A DNA stretch of 64,000 bases from positions 3,162,001-3,226,000 of the forward strand of contig OX337231.1 in the NCBI GenBank assembly GCA_946965045.2. The letters run 5' to 3'. Under the pieces are notes generated by a model. That model worked only from the letters and a program-made list of their open reading frames with translations. It did no database searches and was not told where the DNA came from. A program made the position numbers and the translations under genes. Below, in pieces: positions 32,129 to 41,968 of the stretch (positions are counted from its first letter, which is position 1; each line of letters starts with the position of its first letter). The DNA comes from Epithemia pelagica. Its lineage: Eukaryota; Protista; Bacillariophyta.

Positions 32129-32614
32129 TTAGCCTAGAATTGCAAGTAGCTCTACATCAAAGTAGAGAGTCGCTCCGGGAGGAATGACTCCACCGGCACC
32201 CCTGTTGCCATATCCAAGCGACGGCGGAATAATGACCTTGCGTCGTTCCCCAATCTGCATTGTGGAAAAGCATTCGTCCCAGCCAGGAATGACCCGACCC
32301 TGACCGAGGCGGAAAGTAAAGGGTACTTGGCGGTCACGAGAACTATCAAACTTCCTGCTTGAATCAAAATTCTCCAACCATCCAGTGTAGTGAGTCTCAA
32401 TCATCTGATTCTTTTGGGGGACGTTTCCGTGACCTTTTTGGGTGACCATGTACTTAAGACCGGAACTAGTTGTGATATATTCATCGGATTTCACTTGGGG
32501 TATGCAAGTCAACAACGCCGAAATCGCAAGAACAGATTGACTCAAGAAGGGTCGAATCGTTAGGATATCCTTAATGGCAGCACCTGCAAAGAGAAAGAAC
32601 AAGGAAAACTTCAT
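32129..32614 (-). CDS. FKBP-type peptidyl-prolyl isomerase (tandem paralog 1)
   Basis: THYTGWL, FDSSRDR, GRVIPGWDE, LGYGNRGAGGVIPPGATLYFDVELL; hydrophobic N-terminus from ATG 32614. Confidence 0.92.
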   Translation of the reverse strand: MKFSLFFLFAGAAIKDILTIRPFLSQSVLAISALLTCIPQVKSDEYITTSSGLKYMVTQKGHGNVPQKNQMIETHYTGWLENFDSSRKFDSSRDRQVPFTFRLGQGRVIPGWDECFSTMQIGERRKVIIPPSLGYGNRGAGGVIPPGATLYFDVELLAILG

Positions 32615-33119
32615 GTTTGGAAATGAAAATGGTCTTTCCAATGTTTTGAATTTTTCATCGACGCTATCATCGGTGGAACCATGTGGGCGAGGTTCGTGGG
32701 TGAAAAGAGATAACCAAAAGATCCTCGCCGCAAAAAGATACACCACGCCACCGATTCGCTTTCAGCTTCCCCGAAAGAAATTGTGGCCACGTATCGGTCG
32801 CGGATAAGACCATGCACTACCAAAGCTACCAATTACCAATCCTAGCCATATCTACTCAGACAGAAAGTACTGTCTACTCCTACCTAGGAAGACGATACTT
32901 TTCGGGGAAGCAAGAGAATGAACATATTTTGCGAATATATACACGCCATTTCTATTACATTTCCAGGAGGAAAGCAAGATAAGAGATAAGAGTAACACTA
33001 TGAGTAGGAATACGTAGAACTACTACAAATAAAATGTGAAACAGGAGTAACAGAAATACCCCGTAGGTAGTTACGGCCTCCGGAAACCCCTGTTACAAAC
33101 AGCCTGTCGAATTCAATCA

Positions 33120-33671
33120 TTAAAGAATGCTGAGCAGTTCGACGTCAAAGTACAGCGTGGCACCAGGGGGGATAATTCCTCCAGCACCTCGGTCACCATA
33201 GGCAAGTCGCGGAGGTAAAATAATCTGGCGTCTCTCCCCAACCTTCATTGTCGAGAAGCTTTCGTCCCAGCCACGAATGACGCGACCCGCACCGACGGGG
33301 AAAGTGAAAGGGCGATTGCGATCACGGGAACTATCAAACTTCTTGGGTGAATCAAAACCATCCAACCAGCCAGTGTAGTGAGCCTTCACTGTCTGCCCTT
33401 GTTCGGGAATGGCTCCTGTACCTTCTTTAATGACTTTGTACTTCATGCCAGAATCTGTTGTGATGAATCCATCGTCTTCTTCCGTGTCATCACTATGGGC
33501 AACAAGAGGGGTGGATGCTACCCCGAAAGTTGTGGCAACGGTGGCAAGCGATTGGCCAAAGAAGGCTCGACGATGACTGGCATGGTTCTTTCCAGAAACA
33601 GAGTAGGCATTAGCGGCTTGGTACGAAGCCGTCGCAAAGACAAAATAGAATAGGGAAGAAAAGAGCTTCAT
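33120..33671 (-). CDS. FKBP-type peptidyl-prolyl isomerase, probably thylakoid lumen (tandem paralog 2)
   Basis: AHYTGWL, FDSSRDR, VIRGWDE, LAYGDRGAGGIIPPGATLYFDVELL; signal peptide followed by twin-arginine HRRAFF + hydrophobic + AHS. Confidence 0.92.
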   Translation of the reverse strand: MKLFSSLFYFVFATASYQAANAYSVSGKNHASHRRAFFGQSLATVATTFGVASTPLVAHSDDTEEDDGFITTDSGMKYKVIKEGTGAIPEQGQTVKAHYTGWLDGFDSPKKFDSSRDRNRPFTFPVGAGRVIRGWDESFSTMKVGERRQIILPPRLAYGDRGAGGIIPPGATLYFDVELLSIL

Positions 33672-33929
33672 GGTGACAAACCAGGATATTGCCGATCCAA
33701 AGAAAACAGATCCACTGTGGATATTTTTTCGAGGTGTGTGGGTGTGGATGCCCAGTTGGGAGATTGATGGGTGCGTACTCGTACGTACGGGCATTTGCCA
33801 TCCTTCTACATACGCCCCATAGATCCACCCCCAAATTTTGTTCCCCGGACCCCGGACCCCGGAGATCTATTGGTCCCTGTTCCTAGTCCCACTCCCACCG
33901 CTCATCCTCGCTCGCTTTACGCATCTTCT

Positions 33930-35532
33930 ATGGCAAATGGCAACAAACTTTGCAAAACGAAGATGGAAAGTGGATTTGGGCTGGGATACTATGAAGACTG
34001 TAGAACAGGACAAAAAGATGCCGCGATTCAAGAGAAAAGCTTTAGTAACGAATCCAGTGCTGTGGACAACATTGAGGATTACATGAATAAGTACTTGCAA
34101 CAGTGTCTACAATACCATGAAGATCAAGAAGCGCTTCGGCAATCCCAGCTTCCTCAGACGTTGCCTGGAATGGCAGAAAAAGCAAAGAAATCTGTATCCA
34201 AAGAATTTCTCTTCCCAACGAATGATGGAAAATCAACGGCCCGTTTTATCTCAGGTGGAGTTGTCGTTTTAGAGCCCAGAGATGGCGAACAACGCGGATC
34301 CGGGAGTTCGACACAACGTCCACTTGAAAGAGCCCCAGACGCCCCTGGATCACCGTCTGAAATGTCTAAAATGCATTCTTCTTCACCACCCTCTCAAATC
34401 GCTGAAACTTCAGCTGAGGCCTCTTCTCGTATGGAATCCTTGGTCGTGGAAGGTCGGCGACGTGCCCAAGAAATTTTGCTTCGTTTTCAACAACAACAAG
34501 AGCAGTTGTTGTTCAACCAACCCTTAGTTTCACCATCGACCCAGAATCAAGATATAAGGGTGAAATTCCCGGTTCATCAGGTGCTGATGGAACCTCCTGA
34601 ACCATCAGTTTTTCTTGAGCAACGTCGTCGTGGAATGCATCGTGAGATACTGATCCGGAAACGAGCCATGTTGAAGAACTTGGAATTTGTAGAGGAGAAG
34701 ACACGAAAACGATCTTTGGAGTTGGAGGAGCACATTGCAAAAGCTAGAAAACAAGAGGAAGAAGCGAAAGCACAATATGAAGCGGCCGCTCGACGCCGGA
34801 AGGAGCGGATCAACGAGACATTGTCGACACAAGCTGGGCTTGGGACCAAGAAACGCAAGAAGGCTGAGCGCATTAAGGAGAAAGAGGGACACGTTCCAGT
34901 GCAAAGTTCCAGTGATCACCCTAGCACGGTTGCCGTATACATATCCGGGCTCCCGCCGGATGGGTCGTTGACCAGCGAAGTCGTCACGGAACTATTTGGA
35001 TCTTATGGGAGAATAAAAAAGGTGCACTTCTACGTGAACAAGAAAACTGGTCAAGCCAAAGGCGACGGTCTTGTGATCTATTACGTAGAAAGTGGAGGTC
35101 CCATAGAGTCTACCTTGATTGAAACAGTTTGTTCGCAGGTAAGTACGTTTGCTCTGTTGATCGACAAACGATAAACGGTTGAGAGCGGTTGGTTGTCTGG
35201 CCCATCACATAGGAATGGTGTGCTGAATCGATATACAACGGGTAGGTGGATTTTCTCACGTGGCTTAAATCATCCGGAAATTGTTTGATTGATATCTGGG
35301 ACGGCTATAGATGAATGGAGCAGTGCTGCCGGGTGGCTCGAAGCTAATGGTTGAGCCTTCTTGTTCTAATAAAAAATCGATGAGCACAAAGCTGCTTGGA
35401 CCGAAACCCAATTCAGATAATCGACATACGCCAATGGCTAAACCAAATTCAGATAATCAACCTACTCCAATAGAGGAACATGGAGAGGGCAACGGAGACG
35501 ATGAACTGGATGACTTTTTTGCCTCACTATAA
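33930..35532 (+). CDS. RRM-containing protein (Tat-SF1/CUS2-like RRM), join(33930..35138,35311..35532); start uncertain
   Basis: AVYISGLP (RNP2), KGDGLVIY (RNP1); phase-0 intron 35139-35310; ends DELDDFFASL. Confidence 0.7.
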
Positions 35533-35829
35533 TGATACGCATTCATACGAGTGATAAAGGTAAAGGGACACTCTGGCGGAGAGCTATGAGGGGATTGGGT
35601 AAGTTGTCATTCTTGTGAAATTGGATTTCCGTTTGTCTACAGGATTGCTTGAAATGGGAAGTGGATGATCGAACCCAGTTCAACTTGTCCTCTGCTCTGC
35701 ACGCTTCTCTTCTCTGTATGGATATGCGAATTACGCTGTGCTGGAATGCCTCATGGAGGGCAGCTCATAAGTATCGCGGAGATGTCCTCAAAGTTTCACT
35801 TCTCCGTTGACTACATATGTGGTGCCCCT

Positions 35830-37650
35830 TTAAATGTCTGCATGTCTGGAATCGCTCTCCTCCCCGTCATCTATGTCAGATAGCAGTGACTCAAGTTCCA
35901 CGTCCCCTTCACTGTCATCCAGTGTTATTGCTTGTTTCGTAACCGACATCGACAAGAGCCCTCCCAATCCTTTCGTAGCCGATGCAGATGGCGACGAAGC
36001 CTTTGCAACGTGTTTCCGTACTCGCTCATCAGAGTGACTAGCCGACCGTTTATTATCCAGTTCGTGAACATACTCGTTGAAGTCGTCCTCGGGATCTGGC
36101 AATGCTTCTGTTGCGTGATAGGCTGCAACCACGAGAAGTCCCGCTAACAGATATGGCCATCCAGGCAATGCTGTGTTCTCCGAGAGCGTCATGAGGCTGC
36201 CAAATACAAGCGGTCCAAGGCCTTCGGTCAAGGCTTTGATACCGTTCACGGCCCCCAAGGCTTCACCAACCGCATCGGGTTCAACGCTTCCACTTACCAA
36301 GCTCGATAGACTCGGATAAACCAAATTTCCAAGAAGAGAAAAAAATGCGCAAACAAATAAATGCCAAGGTTCAAAGGCGAAACCGAGCACAACACACTGA
36401 AGGGCAAACGACAGAAGACCGATCTTCATGGACTGCTTTTCGCCGAAGATTGGGACCATAATTCGAACAAGTACGGCTTCAGCCACCATGGTACATAGTC
36501 CCAGAGCCGACATTAGTTCTCCGAGCCGTTCCGGCCCAAGATGGAATCTCTTGACGGCGTAAACCGAGAAGGTAGATATCACTGCCCACAAACCTGTGTA
36601 GTACAGGAAAGCAACCTTCGAAACCTTTCTCAGGAATGGATCAATTGCAATGAGGCGTATTGTGTCAATGGGATTCCAGGATATTCTGTGTTCCCCGATG
36701 CTCCCATGGTCGGCTGCCTGGGTCTGTGGAGGCCTCGACTCAAGAAGGATGAAATAAATGTACAACAGGTCAACGATTGCAAGGATAAAAGATCCAACAA
36801 AGACATCCTTCTTGTGAGATCGTGCGAGATAACCACCAGCAATAGGACCCACTGTGAAACTAAGGCCGAAGGTTGCAAGTGCCAAACCATACGCGGAGAC
36901 TCGTTCTTCCTGTTGTCGAACTGTATCAGATATATAAGCAAAGACAAGGGTAAATGTCGAAGAGAAGATGCCAGAAAGGGAAAGAAGTACGATGAAGATG
37001 GGAATAGCACGATGACCAAGCACTTCTTGGAACGAAACAGATTCATCCTCGTTGCTGGTGGATGACGACCTTCCAGAGCCCCAAATGGCAGGCCAAAATC
37101 CACCAGAGTCAGCATCGTCAGGTTCAAGACCGGTCGAATCAGCGGATACTTCTTTCACGAAGAAGCCTCCCTCATCGCCAGAGCCCGTGGTTGGTGTGAC
37201 TTCCCAAGAGAAGAATGCTAGTGAGCAAACTGGCGCACAAGTTCCCATGACGGTGATGAAAAGACAGACTCTCCTTCCTATCACATCAGATAACTTTCCA
37301 AATAATGGGCATGCTATAAAAGCTAACAACCCTCGTACGCAATCGGCAATTCCCATTACCACGTAAACAGAATCTCCATACCGATCCACTAACATGGAAG
37401 GGAGAGCCGCTCGTGTCAAAGCGAGTGCGAGAAATTCCAAAAGAAGAACAGGAAGAACGTAGAGGTGTTGCCATCGGTTATCTCTGTCATCTTCATCATC
37501 ACCATGCCTATCAATGTGATTCTTTCCCACAATGCCAGTGGAATGAAAAGGTCGGGAAGGATGTTCCGAGAACTCGCCCAGGGTGGTCCGTGGTTTTGCG
37601 GCGCCATTAGAGTTCACTGATCCAAGTGCACTTCTGAATGACAGTGACAT
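35830..37650 (-). CDS. MFS transporter, HIAT1/MFSD14 (tetracycline-efflux-like)
   Basis: PLFGKLSDVIGRR motif A, VFAYISD, GFTVGP-like SFTVGPIAGG, multiple TM helices, EALGAVNGIKALTEGLGP. Confidence 0.9.
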   Translation of the reverse strand: MSLSFRSALGSVNSNGAAKPRTTLGEFSEHPSRPFHSTGIVGKNHIDRHGDDEDDRDNRWQHLYVLPVLLLEFLALALTRAALPSMLVDRYGDSVYVVMGIADCVRGLLAFIACPLFGKLSDVIGRRVCLFITVMGTCAPVCSLAFFSWEVTPTTGSGDEGGFFVKEVSADSTGLEPDDADSGGFWPAIWGSGRSSSTSNEDESVSFQEVLGHRAIPIFIVLLSLSGIFSSTFTLVFAYISDTVRQQEERVSAYGLALATFGLSFTVGPIAGGYLARSHKKDVFVGSFILAIVDLLYIYFILLESRPPQTQAADHGSIGEHRISWNPIDTIRLIAIDPFLRKVSKVAFLYYTGLWAVISTFSVYAVKRFHLGPERLGELMSALGLCTMVAEAVLVRIMVPIFGEKQSMKIGLLSFALQCVVLGFAFEPWHLFVCAFFSLLGNLVYPSLSSLVSGSVEPDAVGEALGAVNGIKALTEGLGPLVFGSLMTLSENTALPGWPYLLAGLLVVAAYHATEALPDPEDDFNEYVHELDNKRSASHSDERVRKHVAKASSPSASATKGLGGLLSMSVTKQAITLDDSEGDVELESLLSDIDDGEESDSRHADI

Positions 37651-38033
37651 AGTGACCAAGCATATTCTGAGATTAATGGTAATGCTCTATGTTCGTCGCT
37701 TTAATCCGATTCTTCATCAATCAAGGTCTTCATCAAAAAACAAATAATACGGTCACACTCAGAAAATGTTGTATGGTTTCGACGCGACTGATACGGGACT
37801 GATGACAGCTGATGAGCACACAATAGACTACAATATGCTTGCTATGGCCATGCGCAAGTAAAGGTACTCTTAGCTAGAGGAGTGCAAGTAGACGACACAA
37901 TCCACTCCCTCCTATTGAGCAAATAGCAGAATGGCAACCTTTCCCGTGGATTTTTGCTAAGGGAAAAGACAACGAGCTTTCTACCGGCCACAGACTATCG
38001 ATGTATACAGAATATTATTCTTTTTAGAACTAT

Positions 38034-38399
38034 TTAGGCTTTGACACAGAATTTCACTCGAGGAAAGGCTGCCTCCTTACGTCTCTGTTTGTGTGTTTTC
38101 TTTGATTTTTGTTCTTTCGTCAATGCTCGTCGAATAGCACGCGTTTTCTTCATTCGCAAGTCCTTTGGCAGATATTTGGCTTTCGACATGGCTTTTCGGA
38201 TTCCTTCCTTTTGTTGTTGATTGTGTACAGTCAACACACGGGCAATTGACTTTCGAACACCTTTAATTTTCGAAACCTTTGCCGCCGTCCCATCAGTGAC
38301 TTTTGCCACATGTAGACTCGCAAGCTCCTTTCGAAGATCAGTCAGATTCTTAAGGAGGTCCTCCTTTGTCATACTACGAAGCTCATGAGTTTTCACCAT
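38034..38399 (-). CDS. RPL35: 60S ribosomal protein L35 (uL29); 5'-UTR intron 38414-38507
   Basis: MVKTHELR...LRKELASLHVAKV...VRKSIARVLTV...PKDLRMKKTRAIRRAL. Confidence 0.96.
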   Translation of the reverse strand: MVKTHELRSMTKEDLLKNLTDLRKELASLHVAKVTDGTAAKVSKIKGVRKSIARVLTVHNQQQKEGIRKAMSKAKYLPKDLRMKKTRAIRRALTKEQKSKKTHKQRRKEAAFPRVKFCVKA

Positions 38400-38833
38400 G
38401 ATGGAAAATGTTTCTGTAAACAAAAATTCATATGAGATTCAAGAGGGTAATACCGATAATGAGATCTCCTTCCAATATGATTCACCTCTTCCCAATGATC
38501 GACTTACAATGTAATCTCTAACAAGGATCTAACGGGCTTGATCAACGCTGCTTGAGAAGATGGTCGGGTCGCAACTTCTCCAGCGAAGGAGAATTACTCT
38601 TAGTAAGACGGTAAGAAGTTTTCGTACTTACGAAAGCAGACGGCTTTCGAGCGATCCTTGAGCGTCAGTTACGCGACTGCATTTCTCTTCTTGTGTTTAC
38701 AACACAAGATTCGCTAAAAAAAAAAAAAAAAGAAAGCAACGAAATAGTGAAGTGAAGTACATCGAGGACGATAACACCAAAGACAGCCGCAATCCGATCC
38801 CTCGGCACGAATAGTCACCGCAAGAAAAGGGGT

Positions 38834-41800
38834 ATGCTGCCAGAGGAGCAGGACGCGGACCCGCCATGGGCCATGCCGGCTAATAACACGTTTCCCATGG
38901 CCGAAGCACGACCCAACCACCAACCAAAAACCGATCCACCCCCGCCTATCGGTTGGAAACACATACAACGCACGGCGGCCCCAACATGGACCATGGAATC
39001 CCTCCATGGTCTCAGAAAACACAAACCAAATCAACACCATCGACCCCGACATCTCATCGCCCGTCACCATGGTACAACCCAGAAACCAGCGATAACCAAA
39101 AACACCGAACCCAACGGACACAACAACACGGCGCAACTGCTACGGAGTAGCAACACCAATCCCCCAACAAGCCAGCAAACTACAAACCCAACAGAGCAAA
39201 TGACCGGGCCGAAAAAGACGATGACTCCGCAAGACCACGGGCCCACAACAACAACAAGCGACAGGCACGAAACAGGGCACGACGACCCAAGCCACGCCGA
39301 CAACACTCAAAGCCACCAACCACTCCCCCGCAAAAGCATTCGTACACCAGCAACGACAACACAAGAGTCGATGACCCAACCGACCGCCACCAACCAAACA
39401 GACACAAGCAGGGCACGCACCAGGCACCAGACCAGCTGCCTGCCGCCACCAAAAGGAGTCATCCGGCAACTGGAACAAGCCTTGCAAAGGGTCACAGCTG
39501 CAATGAAAATGACCCTGCCACCACCAAACCGAACGACCAGGCATTCTCACAAAACCAGTGAAAACTCCGATTTTCACCCGCAGCCCAGACCGGAAGCAAT
39601 AGCAAACCAGACCAAACACCACCCGCCAACGATGCAAGTCCACTCCAAGCCCTCTGCAGGCCGCCGCCCGAACCGTTCGGCCAACACGACGGCCCTCGGC
39701 CCAATTCCCCTTGTCGCGACAAAACTGCCCAACAACATCACCGCCATCACCCCCGACCGCCCCAACAAAAACAAAGAAAACCAAAAAACCAACAAAAACA
39801 ACACCGAGAACAAGAGTACCACCACCCACAACACCGACGAAAACACCCAAACCAACCAGAACCATTACGAAACCCTGGACAACAAACAGGAACAGGAGAA
39901 CAACGTCCACAACAACAAAGAGACCCAGCCCACCACCAACAAAACAAACAACCACAACGACGCCGCCGACTCGGACGACGAAAACCCACCGAACAACAAC
40001 GACCAAGGAACACCACGGGCCAACCCGTACCTTCAACCGAGGGGCGAAACGAAACGTCCGCCGTCGCCCGAACCGAAAACACTTATTCATCTACACGTGG
40101 CGATCAACCATCACCCCAACCCACAAGTCGAGTCAACTCTCCCACGGCTCACCGAACAAGCCTTAAAGACGCATTTCAATGAAGTCTTTTTCCACCACAG
40201 CAAACGAGAAGAGCCCATGTGGCTCCAAGTCCATTCGGTCGATTTCTTGGAGACCAAGCAGTCGGGCACACGATCTTTTCGCCACAACAACCAACACGGG
40301 TCACACAAGGGAGGAGGGCACACCTCCACGTTCCACGTAACCCTCTCACCAGCACCTGCCAACGACGTTTTCGATTCAGAGATTTTCATCGAACAAGGAC
40401 TCCGATTCGTGCTACAAATGTGGCACAAACACCACAACGACGACTTTGTGTACGACGAATTCGATTCACAGACGATCCTACCTCCCGGAACGAAACAATC
40501 GAACCCGACAATCAATCCTCGCTTCGACCAGATCAACGTGTACCACCCAGCCTGCAACAACAGGAAGAGTGACACGTTCGGAATCATCGTCGGTGTGCCC
40601 GCCCAGACAATCAAACATCGCCGGGCGGCACTGGATCTCACGTCCGACATCCAGAACACCCTCACCCCTCATCTCCCTAGGAAGTTACACTACATGGACT
40701 TCTTCAACCACATCGGCTGCCGTACGGGGACATTTAGCGGCGAGCTCAAGAACAAACAAAAAGGACAGGTTCCTGCCATCTACGTCACGGCATCAACAAG
40801 AAACAACTTCGAAGCATTGCTTCGAAGCTACAACGCCTACATGGCCGCAAATCGCAACTCCGAAATGAAATGGAACAACAACAACATTCAGCTGATTCCC
40901 ATGCCAACCAGTCAACCCAATCGGACAGCAACACTGGAAGCAATCAAGGACATCGACCAATTTTTTAGTGCGTGCGTACGCATCAAGCTCAAACCAATCA
41001 ACCCGGAAGCGACCGATGGAGATTGGAAACAACTTCGCCAACTACGCGAATTCGTCGCCGTATTCCCGGAATACAACAACGAGGACCCAGATGCGCAATA
41101 CTACACCCTATACCTGCGCAAGACCCCTGACACACACATGCTCACCACCAACACCATCCGCCAGTTCACAGACTTCCCGGCCAACATCCTTCTCCCCACC
41201 CTGGCGGCCGTGACCGCGTCACCTCCGAGACAACCTACAAACAACCAAGACTCGACAACTCCGACCTCTTCCAGCCACACCAACCGACTCGTCGCCTTTA
41301 CCAACCGTCTTCTCAGGCGCAAACACAACAACCTAGACGACACACCAGCCGACGAAACACCTGCCACGACAGAGGACAACGGACCCGAGACGCCGAACAG
41401 GCACAACCATTCAAGCAATCAGCCAAACAAACGGAGTGCAGCCGCCATGCAACCAACAGAGGACGACGACAAAGACCCATACGACGACGGCACAGATTGG
41501 ACAACAGTGGCAGCGAAAGCCCACCACATTCAGAACCAAAACAACGAGGTCGACGACCGAAAACCATCAGCCAAACGGAACCAATTCGCCCCGCTGGCCG
41601 AACAACAAGACGACCAAACAGCTAACGACGACATGATGGACACGGAAGAGTCCGACGACCACTCACGTGCCCTCATCGGAAGCGACGACAACGGAGACAA
41701 CCATGCACAAGACGACCATGAGTTTTCAGCCACCACCATGCAAGAAATTGAGCTCATATTCAAATATGTGGCGGCCAACAACCCCTCACGCATCGACGAA

Positions 41801-41968
41801 ATGCGTGAGTTTCTCGAGCATACCAAATCGTTTACGAACGACACCGACGCGCAGGATGCTTGGCGCTTTGCCCAGTCTTTAGTCCAGACCGGCAACACCA
41901 ACATCGCCGACTCGCGCACCGGCCATGTGGTCCCGCATGACAAATGGGCCAAAGGGCCAAATGAGTGA
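38834..41968 (+). CDS. Retrotransposon ORF1 (1044 aa; N/T/Q/H-rich ends, central folded region of unknown family)
   Basis: Open frame inside the TSD-bounded element, same codon bias as ORF2; central part (about aa 415-750) has alternating hydrophobic strands and helices. Confidence 0.75.
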   Translation: MLPEEQDADPPWAMPANNTFPMAEARPNHQPKTDPPPPIGWKHIQRTAAPTWTMESLHGLRKHKPNQHHRPRHLIARHHGTTQKPAITKNTEPNGHNNTAQLLRSSNTNPPTSQQTTNPTEQMTGPKKTMTPQDHGPTTTTSDRHETGHDDPSHADNTQSHQPLPRKSIRTPATTTQESMTQPTATNQTDTSRARTRHQTSCLPPPKGVIRQLEQALQRVTAAMKMTLPPPNRTTRHSHKTSENSDFHPQPRPEAIANQTKHHPPTMQVHSKPSAGRRPNRSANTTALGPIPLVATKLPNNITAITPDRPNKNKENQKTNKNNTENKSTTTHNTDENTQTNQNHYETLDNKQEQENNVHNNKETQPTTNKTNNHNDAADSDDENPPNNNDQGTPRANPYLQPRGETKRPPSPEPKTLIHLHVAINHHPNPQVESTLPRLTEQALKTHFNEVFFHHSKREEPMWLQVHSVDFLETKQSGTRSFRHNNQHGSHKGGGHTSTFHVTLSPAPANDVFDSEIFIEQGLRFVLQMWHKHHNDDFVYDEFDSQTILPPGTKQSNPTINPRFDQINVYHPACNNRKSDTFGIIVGVPAQTIKHRRAALDLTSDIQNTLTPHLPRKLHYMDFFNHIGCRTGTFSGELKNKQKGQVPAIYVTASTRNNFEALLRSYNAYMAANRNSEMKWNNNNIQLIPMPTSQPNRTATLEAIKDIDQFFSACVRIKLKPINPEATDGDWKQLRQLREFVAVFPEYNNEDPDAQYYTLYLRKTPDTHMLTTNTIRQFTDFPANILLPTLAAVTASPPRQPTNNQDSTTPTSSSHTNRLVAFTNRLLRRKHNNLDDTPADETPATTEDNGPETPNRHNHSSNQPNKRSAAAMQPTEDDDKDPYDDGTDWTTVAAKAHHIQNQNNEVDDRKPSAKRNQFAPLAEQQDDQTANDDMMDTEESDDHSRALIGSDDNGDNHAQDDHEFSATTMQEIELIFKYVAANNPSRIDEMREFLEHTKSFTNDTDAQDAWRFAQSLVQTGNTNIADSRTGHVVPHDKWAKGPNE

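Noticed and set aside
38860-38905. HDV-like ribozyme at the retroelement 5' end (GGCCATG...CATGGCC stem)
   Set aside because: Only P1 forms; no P2/P3/P1.1 pseudoknot could be built, and it lies inside ORF1.
39140-40665. Long minus-strand ORFs antisense to retroelement ORF1
   Set aside because: By-product of the extreme A/C bias of the sense strand (few antisense stops); the products are V/G/L/F-rich with no domain pattern.
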